From a virus, in IMG/VR virus record IMGVR_UViG_3300045988_043014, positions 1 through 41,358 of that record: 41,358 nucleotides of DNA; one strand, 5' to 3'. The notes under the pieces are model-generated. The model ran no database searches and had not been told where the DNA came from. It saw nothing but the letters and a program-made list of their open reading frames with translations. Below, one piece after another: positions 6,840 through 15,230 of the stretch (position 1 is the stretch's first letter; every line of letters begins with the position of its first letter). A program made the position numbers and the translations under genes.

Positions 6840-7403
6840 CTAAGTCGTAGGGGTAGAAGGTGTCGTACCTGTAGGTGCAGGAACGATGAAAGCCGGAACA
6901 GGTGCTGGACGAAGTTTCTGAATAAGATCAGCCGTCTGTGCTGTCTGTCCATTAAGGATGTTAGCTGCCATGAGCTGACGATCTCTTTCTTCCAGTTTAG
7001 CCTTCAGTTCTGCCATCTGGTATGCAGAGAACATTGCTCTGGTCTTTTCACCATCCTCTTTGATAGCTTCCACTACGCTGCAAGTGTTTCTATACCCTTC
7101 TGTACGCACTGCATCAATGTTTCTGTTGGTCTCGCAGCAGCACATCTGAGCAGCCTGCTGATTCTGACCCAGCTGCTGCATGATGCCGAAGTTGCCCTGC
7201 ATGACAGTCTTCTCCAGACCATTGATACCATTCGTAAGAGCATAGGTGCTATTAGCCTGTCCATAGGTCAGACCCCTCATCTGAGACATTTCATTGGAGT
7301 AATCAAAGCCCCTCTGAATATCTGCCTGAGTTGCAGCATTCCCTTTGGCACCAAAGAGATTACCACCACCACCGAGTAATACGAATAATACGACTACCCA
7401 CAA
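6840..7403 (-). CDS. Membrane-anchored Gln-rich coiled-coil protein with Pro/Thr-rich C-terminus (187 aa); possible i-spanin-like protein
   Basis: TTG start, hydrophobic WVVVLFVLLGGGG, CCC motif, AELKAKLEERDRQL helix, tail PAPVPAFIVPAPTGTTPSTPTT. Function is inferred only from architecture and position. Confidence 0.45.
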   Translation of the reverse strand: MWVVVLFVLLGGGGNLFGAKGNAATQADIQRGFDYSNEMSQMRGLTYGQANSTYALTNGINGLEKTVMQGNFGIMQQLGQNQQAAQMCCCETNRNIDAVRTEGYRNTCSVVEAIKEDGEKTRAMFSAYQMAELKAKLEERDRQLMAANILNGQTAQTADLIQKLRPAPVPAFIVPAPTGTTPSTPTT

Positions 7404-7532
7404 TCATTCACTACCACCGAAACCACCGCCTGTTTTCTCATTCAGGTTAAATACAGGCTGTACACCACTACTCATACCGTTCTCCATAGAATCACCATTC
7501 CTTTCATAAAAATAAGATGAGAACTGTATATA

Positions 7533-7787
7533 TCAACTCTGCCGTCCGCTCAGAGCTGAATGCCAAGCATCGCAAACTTCTGCTTTTCCTTTTGCCTTTT
7601 CATAGACTTCAATGACTGGAAGACCACTAAGATCAATGTACTTTACATAGACCCTGTTTTCTTTTTTAGAAGTGAAGAAAGTGAGGGAACCACAAGGGTC
7701 TACTCTAGCTCTCCTTACTTCCTCAACATTATTTACTTCACCACCAAAGCTATTGATAGATGGTGGTGCTGGGGGATAAGCGAACAT
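7533..7787 (-). CDS. Hypothetical protein (about 84 aa)
   Basis: ATG at 7787 has AAGG 8 nt upstream; the track ORF begins at a GTG three codons earlier. Confidence 0.5.
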   Translation of the reverse strand: MFAYPPAPPSINSFGGEVNNVEEVRRARVDPCGSLTFFTSKKENRVYVKYIDLSGLPVIEVYEKAKGKAEVCDAWHSALSGRQS

Positions 7788-7808
7788 GATAATCACCTTT
7801 CCTTTTAG

Positions 7809-8405
7809 TTAATAATCAGTGTATGTGGGCTTCATTTTATTTATTTCTGGCGACCAACTCAGTTCAAAACCCCTGCGGTCTTGTAAATCCTGTATATCCT
7901 CATATGGGGTACGTTGAAACCATGTGTTTAATTCAGTCCCGGATACCGACCCTAGGTATACCCCATCTTCCGTTTCTCTTCTGTGGTCTCCTTCTGGCCA
8001 TATTACAAAAGTATAACATTGCAATTCGTACTTTTTGCCGGGGGTCACTCCAACATATGCATATATACTGTTCGATGTCTCGTCGTATTCGTCCTTACTC
8101 CAGAATACCTTAATAACTTTAACCCCAAGAGGTACAGAGAACATATCACCTGCACCAACTGAAACACTCCCAGTCGGCACAGTAACTGCTTCTTTCTTTA
8201 CCTGATAGATCACTCCAGCTTTATCTTTTGCATAGCATGGAACATCTCCATTACCTTTTCCCTGTTCCATCTTAACGTATGCCTGTTGTCCCTTAAACTT
8301 TATTTTAAGGTTCGGATATGGACACTCATCAGTTGTCGTATAGGCATGAGCGTCATACTGTGTTCCACTTTTCTTTACATGAAAAATTGCACCAAGATCA
8401 CTCAT
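7809..8405 (-). CDS. Hypothetical protein coupled to the tail fibre (198 aa); possible distal receptor-binding or fibre-assembly protein
   Basis: Its ATG (8405-8403) overlaps the fibre TGA (8404-8402) as ATGA. Beta-rich composition. Function inferred from position only. Confidence 0.55.
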   Translation of the reverse strand: MSDLGAIFHVKKSGTQYDAHAYTTTDECPYPNLKIKFKGQQAYVKMEQGKGNGDVPCYAKDKAGVIYQVKKEAVTVPTGSVSVGAGDMFSVPLGVKVIKVFWSKDEYDETSNSIYAYVGVTPGKKYELQCYTFVIWPEGDHRRETEDGVYLGSVSGTELNTWFQRTPYEDIQDLQDRRGFELSWSPEINKMKPTYTDY

Positions 8406-9686
8406 TCTATCCACAACTCACTTCCGTTAATCACAAGATGCCCACTGTTATTGATTACAGCAAATCCGCTATCATTGGTGAGCTGTGAGGTCTTTGTAGG
8501 AATCTTAGCATCCACTTCTGACTTTGTGTAATAGTTAGACATGTCTGGCTTTGGAATAGCAGCAATCTTGTTATCTACTTCTGCTCTAGTATACGTTTCT
8601 GTCTTCGTATAGTAGCTAGTTGGGTCAAATGTAGCTGCTCTATCCGCACTAGCTGCTGCTGCTGCTGCACTAGATGCTGCTTTAGTTTCGCTTGTCTTCG
8701 CATTAGTAGCACTTGTAGATGCATTAGCTGCCGAAGTAGCAGATGCAGAGGCACTAGAAGATGCTGCCGATGCCTTTTGAGAAGCTGTAGAAGCACTGGA
8801 AGCAGAATTAGAAGCACTTGTCTGAGATGCAGTAGCACTAGACTGAGAAGCACTAGCAGAAGCAGCTGCATTACCAGCAGATACTTTAGCTGCCTCAGCC
8901 CAAGTCTTAGAGGACTTACTATCAGTAGCTCCATCTGGACTTGTATCAGACACAGCCCACTTCTTAGCAAGAGCTGCCTGATTTGTAGCTTCAGTAGCTT
9001 TGTCCGTTGCGGTGTTCTTCAATGTGGTCATAGTAGCCACATAAGAATCCCCTGTGTCAGTCAAACGCTTATTCTGAGTGTCTCCTGTAGAGGTCAATCG
9101 GGTATTCTGCGTATCTCCTGTAGCAGTCAAACGAGCATTCTGAGTATCCCCAGTAGACACAATAGAAGCGTTCTGGGCTGCTCCGGTGTTGTTGAGCTGC
9201 GTTAAGAGACTTGTCTGATTCTTTGTGATGTAATTAAGATTTACGGCATCACCGGGGTCTGTAGGGTCTAAAAGATTCTTAATCTTGTTATACCGAGCAT
9301 CCCAGATGTTATCAGTCCCATCCTTACTAAGACCACCCTCCTGAGCAAGGTCTGAAGTTTCCTCTGCAAGGTGCAGTAGCTGAGTAGACTGTACGGTCAT
9401 ATCAGCTGCTCTAAGAACAGAAGCATCTGCCCACCCGACCAGTGGTTTCGTTGCTGTTTGTCTATAGATCTTAATTTTGAGACCTGTAGGAGCAGCTAAA
9501 GTAACTACTCTGTCTGTTACGGTATAATCTGTACCCTGAGTGAGTTCTTCAATTTTCTCATCAGAAATCAGAGAGACATGTACAAATGCCTTTCTAAGAT
9601 AGTCAAACGGAAACGAATATTGTGTTTGAGTTCCATTACCCTGATAAAAGATCTGAGCTTTTCTTTCGTTACTTATTTTTATTCAT
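8402..9686 (-). CDS. Tail fibre (T7 gp17-like); the N-terminal adaptor domain is open but has no in-frame start (frameshift or indel near 9671-9680)
   Basis: The frame is open from 9682. The region 9401-9682 encodes AQIFYQGNGTQTQYSFPFDYLRKAFVHVSL...VLRAADM, which resembles the T7 gp17 N-terminus (YQLDGSNRDFNIPFEYLARKFVVVTL). The first in-frame ATG is only at 9400. An ATG at 9686-9684 forms ATGA with the upstream stop but is in another frame. A Ser/Ala-rich shaft follows, as in gp17. Confidence 0.85.
9044..9187 (-). repeat. In-frame 30-nt tandem repeats in the fibre gene (TGDTQNxRLT x3, plus degenerate copies on both sides)
   Basis: The peptide reads TGAAQNASIVSTGDTQNARLTATGDTQNTRLTSTGDTQNKRLTDTGDS. 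Confidence 0.85.
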
Positions 9687-9931
9687 CTCCTGTCTAAATG
9701 AAAATAGTAGATACCAATGCCTAGGGCAAAAAGTATGGCAATGAAGCATGCTTCCTCCCCCAAGAACGCATTGATACAGAATAAAATAAAGAGGGGAAAA
9801 ACAATGTAGTACATTATAGCAATTTCAGCAAATACTATGAGCATACAGAACTCAAGGTGTCCCATGATTGCACCAAGAAAAACCAATATCTGTGCTATAA
9901 AAAATGCATCATTCCAATTTACCTCATTCAT
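9683..9931 (-). CDS. Small integral membrane protein (82 aa, about 3 TM helices)
   Basis: ATG with AAGGGGA SD. Very hydrophobic (FFIAQILVFLGAIMG, MLIVFAEIAIMYYIVFPLFILF, FIAILFALGIGIYYF). Sits between the gp16-like gene and the fibre gene. Confidence 0.65.
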   Translation of the reverse strand: MNEVNWNDAFFIAQILVFLGAIMGHLEFCMLIVFAEIAIMYYIVFPLFILFCINAFLGEEACFIAILFALGIGIYYFHLDRR

Positions 9932-9948
9932 TATTATTCCCCTTCTTG

Positions 9949-12900
9949 TTACTTGTTACTGCTAATCAAACTCTGAATCCTGTTAGTGGGCTGTGCATTA
10001 GCCCTACCCAGCTTCTGTACTGGCTTAGACTTCTGTGTCTTTCTCTTGTCTGGGAGCTTTGCATCTTCCTTAATCATAGAACCAAGGTAAGACATACCCA
10101 GATAAGACCCCAGAGGGAAGAACTGAATGACTTTATCAATATCCTTGTTAGTCCCCTGACCAGTAGCCAGATTAGAGACACCCTGACCCATGTTGTAAGC
10201 TCTGCCCAATGCACCTACTGCTGGGAACTGCTTCATGTAATCAGATGTTCTCTTATCCCACGAGTCATCAGACGATCTGCTGTTTCTAGTGTTATCGACC
10301 GTAGTACGATACATTGGAGTACCTGTCAATACTTCGATACCATCAGAGACAAAGGATGCTGGAGCAGCCATAGACATTCTGAAAAGACCAGAGAGAGCTA
10401 CCCTCTGAATGTTACCGTACTTCTCCATGTAAGCCTGACGCTTCTTTTCATCGTTCGGGTAATACATGTAAGACTTAGCTACAGTCATAGCGTAGTAAGA
10501 CAGAGAGTTGGTAGCATAGGAATACAAAGCAGCAAGAGCATCATCCTTTTCACGAGACGATAAAGCTCTCATGAACTGCTGATTCATAGCCTTCATCGTA
10601 AAGTCCTTAAACTGGAAGAAGAGTCTATGCTTCTCTTTGAAAGGTGTCATGTTGCCAATGCTCTGCTGCTGGATACCTCTCATAGACTCATTATCCATGA
10701 GCTTTTTCCATTTAGCAAAGGTAGTTGGGTCTTCATCCATCCACTTGTCGATGTTTCCTTTGTCATCAATAAGGTACTTTTTGATAGCATTTTTCACATC
10801 GTCAGCAGCTTTGTCGGTATGGATACCCGCTGCTGCTAACTTCTGCTTAGAGAATGGATTACGAATAAAGCCAACATGCTTACCAGAAGCCCACTTCAAG
10901 GCATCTTCAATAGCTGCACTTCGCATAGACTGCACCATAGCATTGGTCAATCTAGGCATGAAGTTTACAGTAGAAGTAAGTAAAGCTGCTCTCTTAATGT
11001 TTCTGTTTGCTGCATCCAACGCACGCCCACCAAGAGACGGTGTTGGGTCATCCGCAGACACTTTATCCAAGAGCTGACGATAGACCCTAGAGTCTGTAGA
11101 AGCAGATGTACTCCAACCTCTAGTAGACAGGTCTTCAGCATAGATCTTTCTCAAAACATTCTCTACGATCTCAGCTCCATCCTCACCGAGTCGAACGTTC
11201 TTAGCTAAGTTACCGAAGATCGGGATATTGTTAGCCAATACTTTCCAACCGCCGTAAGCAATAGAGCCACCAAGTTCACCGAGCTGTGCAAAGGTCATGT
11301 TACCACCAACCTGAGAATAAGTAGCGGTTCTTAAAGAGTTCGATAAAGCATCCCCAAGTTTCTGTTCATTGTTGTTGTAAGACCCAATGCCCAGAATCTT
11401 ATTGATACCCATCTGCATAGCTTCAAGTTCTCTACCACCATCTCTGATTGGGCTGTTCTTCGCAAGCTCCTGAACGATCTGAGAATAGAACTCTTTCTGT
11501 GCCTTAGAGTCACCAATGGTAGCTCTAAGAGCAATTTCACCACTGAGTCTGTTCATAACCTGTGGTAAGAAGCCATCAAGGTCATAGCTTCTAATATCCT
11601 TATCAAAGCTAAATTCGACACCATTCTTCAGCTTCATGACACCAGAAGTATCAATAGGTACACGATGCTTCAAAGTATCAGAGAAAGCTGTATATGGATT
11701 AGCCAGCCTTGTAGTCTTCGGGTCAAAATTCAGAGTAGAAGTGTTTCTATCAATACGACCATACGCCCAGTTCTTAGCTGCCTGTTCGAGATGTTCTTCA
11801 ATTTCCTCTTCTGTAGGTTCTACCCACTGGAGAGGTTTCTTGCCTTTGTAGGTCTTTTTCTTAGCTTCAAACTCACGCTTCTTCATTTCAACAAAGTATT
11901 TAGCTTCCGCATCTCTGTCCATAAAGCGTCTAGCGTATTCCGTAAGATCTGCCAAAACATCATTCTTGTCATCGTAGTTACGACCAATCCATTCAAAGAG
12001 TTTCGTGCTATCTGTCACACGGAAGAACTCTTTAGCTGAGTTGTCTGTATCGAACTGTGCCAGTAAAGACCCCAGTCCTTTACGACCCCCAAGGTTCTCA
12101 GACCTCTTCTGCATCTGCTTCAGCATGTCACCTGTCAGCTCTTCCATGTCACTCGCAAGACTCTTAATCTCTGGAGAGAACTTTTCAAGAGCCAAGGTGT
12201 CTCCTCTAGCTTTTGCATTGTAGCAGTCAATGATCTGTTCGTTCACCTTATGAATTAGATTGTTTCTATGAACACCATTAAAGACACCAAAGGTATCTCT
12301 AATGTACTGCTGTCGTTTGTCAAGGAAGGAAATATACTTAGAGTTCCAGCGGTCAAGAAGCATCTGTTTAATGCTTTCCGTTGAAAGGCAGTCAGTGTAA
12401 TTTGCTTCCATTCGAGGGTCATTAAAGAGCATATTCGCTGCCATCTGCATCTTGCGAGAATGAGAGTTTCGCATGATACCAAAGATGTTACCAACGAATC
12501 TGCTGTGTTCAGACCAACACCCTAAGCCACTCAGAATACCGAATCTCCTCTGGCGGTTCTTAGACCCCAGACCTTTATCAGACACATCATCAAAAACAGT
12601 CTTAGTTGCTACATCCTTAGAGTAGTCAATCTCACCAAGGGCGTCTTCCAGCATCTGAGCAATGCCTTCACCATTAGGGTTATCCTTAGAGTAGGTAATG
12701 CCGTTGATGACATGAGAACCATCTGGCATAGTCTGCACCATGTCATCCTTATGAAGGGACTCATGAGCATTTCTGACCATAAGTTTCTCAAGATCACCCT
12801 GAGCATTGTCAGCTCTTTCTCTAGCTCTGTTAGCTGTGTCTGGATAGATTGGTGTCTCTTTCTCTTTCACAGCATTATCAGCTACATCTTCTGGACGGAC

Positions 12901-15216
12901 ATCACCAGCATCAATGATCTTGTCACTTCCGTACAGGTCTGGATTGAAATATTTCTTCAAAGCAAACTCTTCGATCTCTTTGTCTGTAAGGTCACTTCTT
13001 CCGTACTGAGCAATAGCCTGTCTTTTGATCTCCTTATAGAGAGAAGACCTCTTGTCTGGGCTATGCTGAATCCAATACTTAAAGACCACTTCTGGGTTAG
13101 CAGAACCAGTAGCCTTTCTTGCAGCAGCCCAAAGTTTGCTCTTCTTAGGCATCTCTGGGTCAAGAATCATGTTGACTACATTCGTCACATCTTTATTCTT
13201 AGCTACATAGTGTTTCAATGCCCCAGCTACTGTGTCTGCAATCCACTGATCTGCATCGTAGTTAGGGTCAAGCCAATGTTCAATGCCCTTACGGACTTCC
13301 TTAACAATGTTGTCTTTCTTATGCTTACTACCCATGTTTTCAATCCAGTAAGCCAGAGCTTCTTCTGGACTTGTAGCATGGCGAGTAGCGTTAATCCAGT
13401 CCTTGTCTTTGGAGCTTGCCATACGAGCTTTGACCATACCAATGACCTTGTTGTAGATCTTTGGTTCAAGCATACTCTTCAAAGCAATATGGACACCAGC
13501 TTCGTGCATTACGACACCTGTGAGGTTTCTCTTATTGATCTTTTCACGAATCAATACGGAGACACCAAGACCCGGTAAACTGAAAGCCTTAGCATCTGGG
13601 TCAAGTGTAACACCATAATGAGCAGCCCATTTGCGAGCTTTCTTCTCAGTAAGGATGAACATCTGCCCATTCTTAATGAGTCTATCAGTGATCGAATCTG
13701 GCTCTACAAGGTCATTGTAAGCCTTAGTAGCAGCTTCCTGAAGACCCTGTACTGGCTTAGGTTTAGCCTGATCTGCTTCAACGGTCTTCTGTTCCATTGG
13801 GGCATAGCCGTTAGCATTGTCCGACTCTTCTTTTCTAACATCCTGTGTTGCTTTTTCTATAGTCGGGTCTGCTTTTCTGAACTGTGTCTCTCCTGCGAGG
13901 GAAGCACCTTCCTGAGCAATCTCTGGCTCTCTTTCAAGCTCTGCCTTTTCTGCTGCTGCTTTCTTAGCTCGCTCTGCATAGTGAAGGTCAATGTCAGACC
14001 CTTCCTGTGCAAAGTCATCCAGCATATCTTTTGTCAGAGCATCCTGAACGTGAGGTTTAGCTTCCATTCGAGGAGCGACACCAATGGCAAGACGAGTAGT
14101 TTCATCTTCAAGACCACGTTTCGTCATGTCAAGTCGTCTAGCCATCTCACCATTGCCAATCTTACTCATAGCCCCACCTACAGCACCTAAGATGCCCGCA
14201 AAGGTCATAGTAGTTGCATAGTCTGGATGGAAGCCGCCCCACTTCTGAGCTGCCCATCTATCGACACCAGCACCAGTCATAGACGTAAGGGCATTAGCTG
14301 CCATCTGGGCTGCTTTTGCCATATTGATGGTCTTACCACCTAAAGAAATCACAGCTCTAGCCTTAGCAGCTTTTGCAGCCAGACTGACTACAGTAGCTTC
14401 ATTAAGACCCGGGATGAACGCCAAAGCAATCGTAGGGTCGGCAATAGACCCCAGAATAGAACCAATAGAAGACAAACCAAATTCCATGTTGTCTACTTCT
14501 TTGGCTCTTTCACGGTCTGCTTGTTTCATCGCTAAGAGTTCCAAAAGAGTCTTTCGGTTATGTGCATTAGTCAGTACATAGTTCTGAGCAATAGAGTCAC
14601 CTTCAAGCCCCTTCTGGACAAGATCAATATCTTCCTGAGATGGTCTGTAGTCACTCTTAGCCCACTCAGCCATAGAGTCTGCATTTACGAAGTTAGCCCA
14701 TGCAGTTCTAACCGCAGACACAGAACCCTGATCTACGAACTGATTCATGAACTTATTATAAAATTCATCCCAGAATCCATAGGTCTTCTGAGCCTGTGGG
14801 TCTTTAGGCATCATAAACGGATGCTTAGAACCATATGCCCCTGAAGGAGTCACAAAGTTCTCAATAGGGTCGCCAGCCATAATAGCTTGCAATCTAGCCA
14901 TAGTTGCATCTGCATACTGACCAGTGGTCATGTTACCATCAGACCAGTCTTCGTGTCCGATAGCACCTTCACCACCCTGCCAAGCAATAGCAGCATTTCT
15001 ATACCCATACTTTTCGATATATTCTGCTGCCATTCTATGAGCTGCTAATTCCTGCTGCTCTGGAGACCAATCATCTGGGTCATCTGCATATTCAGCGTAG
15101 GTGCTAGGAATAAACTGATATTTACCTCTAGCTCCTGTACTTTCATTATATGCATCATAGTTACCACCAGATTCTACTCCAGAAATAGCAGCTAGAAAAG
15201 CATCAACATTAGTCAT
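9949..15216 (-). CDS. Internal virion protein D (T7 gp16-like, 1755 aa) with N-terminal lytic transglycosylase domain
   Basis: The N-terminus AISGVESGGNYDAYN...GKYQF fits an SLT-type fold with a catalytic Glu. C-terminal FFQFKDFTMKAMNQQF resembles the gp16 motif QFKSFTIKSLN. Position after the gp15-like gene. Confidence 0.9.
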   Translation of the reverse strand: MTNVDAFLAAISGVESGGNYDAYNESTGARGKYQFIPSTYAEYADDPDDWSPEQQELAAHRMAAEYIEKYGYRNAAIAWQGGEGAIGHEDWSDGNMTTGQYADATMARLQAIMAGDPIENFVTPSGAYGSKHPFMMPKDPQAQKTYGFWDEFYNKFMNQFVDQGSVSAVRTAWANFVNADSMAEWAKSDYRPSQEDIDLVQKGLEGDSIAQNYVLTNAHNRKTLLELLAMKQADRERAKEVDNMEFGLSSIGSILGSIADPTIALAFIPGLNEATVVSLAAKAAKARAVISLGGKTINMAKAAQMAANALTSMTGAGVDRWAAQKWGGFHPDYATTMTFAGILGAVGGAMSKIGNGEMARRLDMTKRGLEDETTRLAIGVAPRMEAKPHVQDALTKDMLDDFAQEGSDIDLHYAERAKKAAAEKAELEREPEIAQEGASLAGETQFRKADPTIEKATQDVRKEESDNANGYAPMEQKTVEADQAKPKPVQGLQEAATKAYNDLVEPDSITDRLIKNGQMFILTEKKARKWAAHYGVTLDPDAKAFSLPGLGVSVLIREKINKRNLTGVVMHEAGVHIALKSMLEPKIYNKVIGMVKARMASSKDKDWINATRHATSPEEALAYWIENMGSKHKKDNIVKEVRKGIEHWLDPNYDADQWIADTVAGALKHYVAKNKDVTNVVNMILDPEMPKKSKLWAAARKATGSANPEVVFKYWIQHSPDKRSSLYKEIKRQAIAQYGRSDLTDKEIEEFALKKYFNPDLYGSDKIIDAGDVRPEDVADNAVKEKETPIYPDTANRARERADNAQGDLEKLMVRNAHESLHKDDMVQTMPDGSHVINGITYSKDNPNGEGIAQMLEDALGEIDYSKDVATKTVFDDVSDKGLGSKNRQRRFGILSGLGCWSEHSRFVGNIFGIMRNSHSRKMQMAANMLFNDPRMEANYTDCLSTESIKQMLLDRWNSKYISFLDKRQQYIRDTFGVFNGVHRNNLIHKVNEQIIDCYNAKARGDTLALEKFSPEIKSLASDMEELTGDMLKQMQKRSENLGGRKGLGSLLAQFDTDNSAKEFFRVTDSTKLFEWIGRNYDDKNDVLADLTEYARRFMDRDAEAKYFVEMKKREFEAKKKTYKGKKPLQWVEPTEEEIEEHLEQAAKNWAYGRIDRNTSTLNFDPKTTRLANPYTAFSDTLKHRVPIDTSGVMKLKNGVEFSFDKDIRSYDLDGFLPQVMNRLSGEIALRATIGDSKAQKEFYSQIVQELAKNSPIRDGGRELEAMQMGINKILGIGSYNNNEQKLGDALSNSLRTATYSQVGGNMTFAQLGELGGSIAYGGWKVLANNIPIFGNLAKNVRLGEDGAEIVENVLRKIYAEDLSTRGWSTSASTDSRVYRQLLDKVSADDPTPSLGGRALDAANRNIKRAALLTSTVNFMPRLTNAMVQSMRSAAIEDALKWASGKHVGFIRNPFSKQKLAAAGIHTDKAADDVKNAIKKYLIDDKGNIDKWMDEDPTTFAKWKKLMDNESMRGIQQQSIGNMTPFKEKHRLFFQFKDFTMKAMNQQFMRALSSREKDDALAALYSYATNSLSYYAMTVAKSYMYYPNDEKKRQAYMEKYGNIQRVALSGLFRMSMAAPASFVSDGIEVLTGTPMYRTTVDNTRNSRSSDDSWDKRTSDYMKQFPAVGALGRAYNMGQGVSNLATGQGTNKDIDKVIQFFPLGSYLGMSYLGSMIKEDAKLPDKRKTQKSKPVQKLGRANAQPTNRIQSLISSNK

Positions 15217-15230
15217 TCATATCACCTCTT

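Noticed and set aside
7073-7264. A possible embedded Rz1-like o-spanin inside the 187-aa coiled-coil gene.
   Set aside because: The 63-aa product has no canonical lipobox (RLSC is not L-[AS]-[GA]-C after a signal peptide), is not Pro-rich and has no SD sequence. I would not call it without experimental evidence.
7404-7406. Genome-wide TGA reassignment (code 4 or 25) as the explanation for the in-frame TGA codons at 7533 and 7404.
   Set aside because: TGA terminates several well-conserved genes exactly where their homologues end, for example the RNAP at the ...YAFH foot (38071), the fibre and gp12. The long genes show no internal TGA problem under the standard code.
8575-8970. Alternative-frame minus-strand ORFs nested inside real genes: 8575-8970, 7073-7264, 11331-11543, 15287-15472, 17393-17788, 29146-29526, 30115-30420, 32512-32703, 33707-33940 and 37581-37826.
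   Set aside because: Their translations are repetitive Leu/Gln/Arg strings that mirror the low-complexity host frame. They have no SD sequence and no motifs. The ORF at 37581-37826 runs through the promoter and terminator region.
13480-13500. MHEAGVH in the gp16-like protein as a zinc-metalloprotease motif.
   Set aside because: The spacing is HExxxH, not the zincin HExxH, and no third ligand motif is evident.
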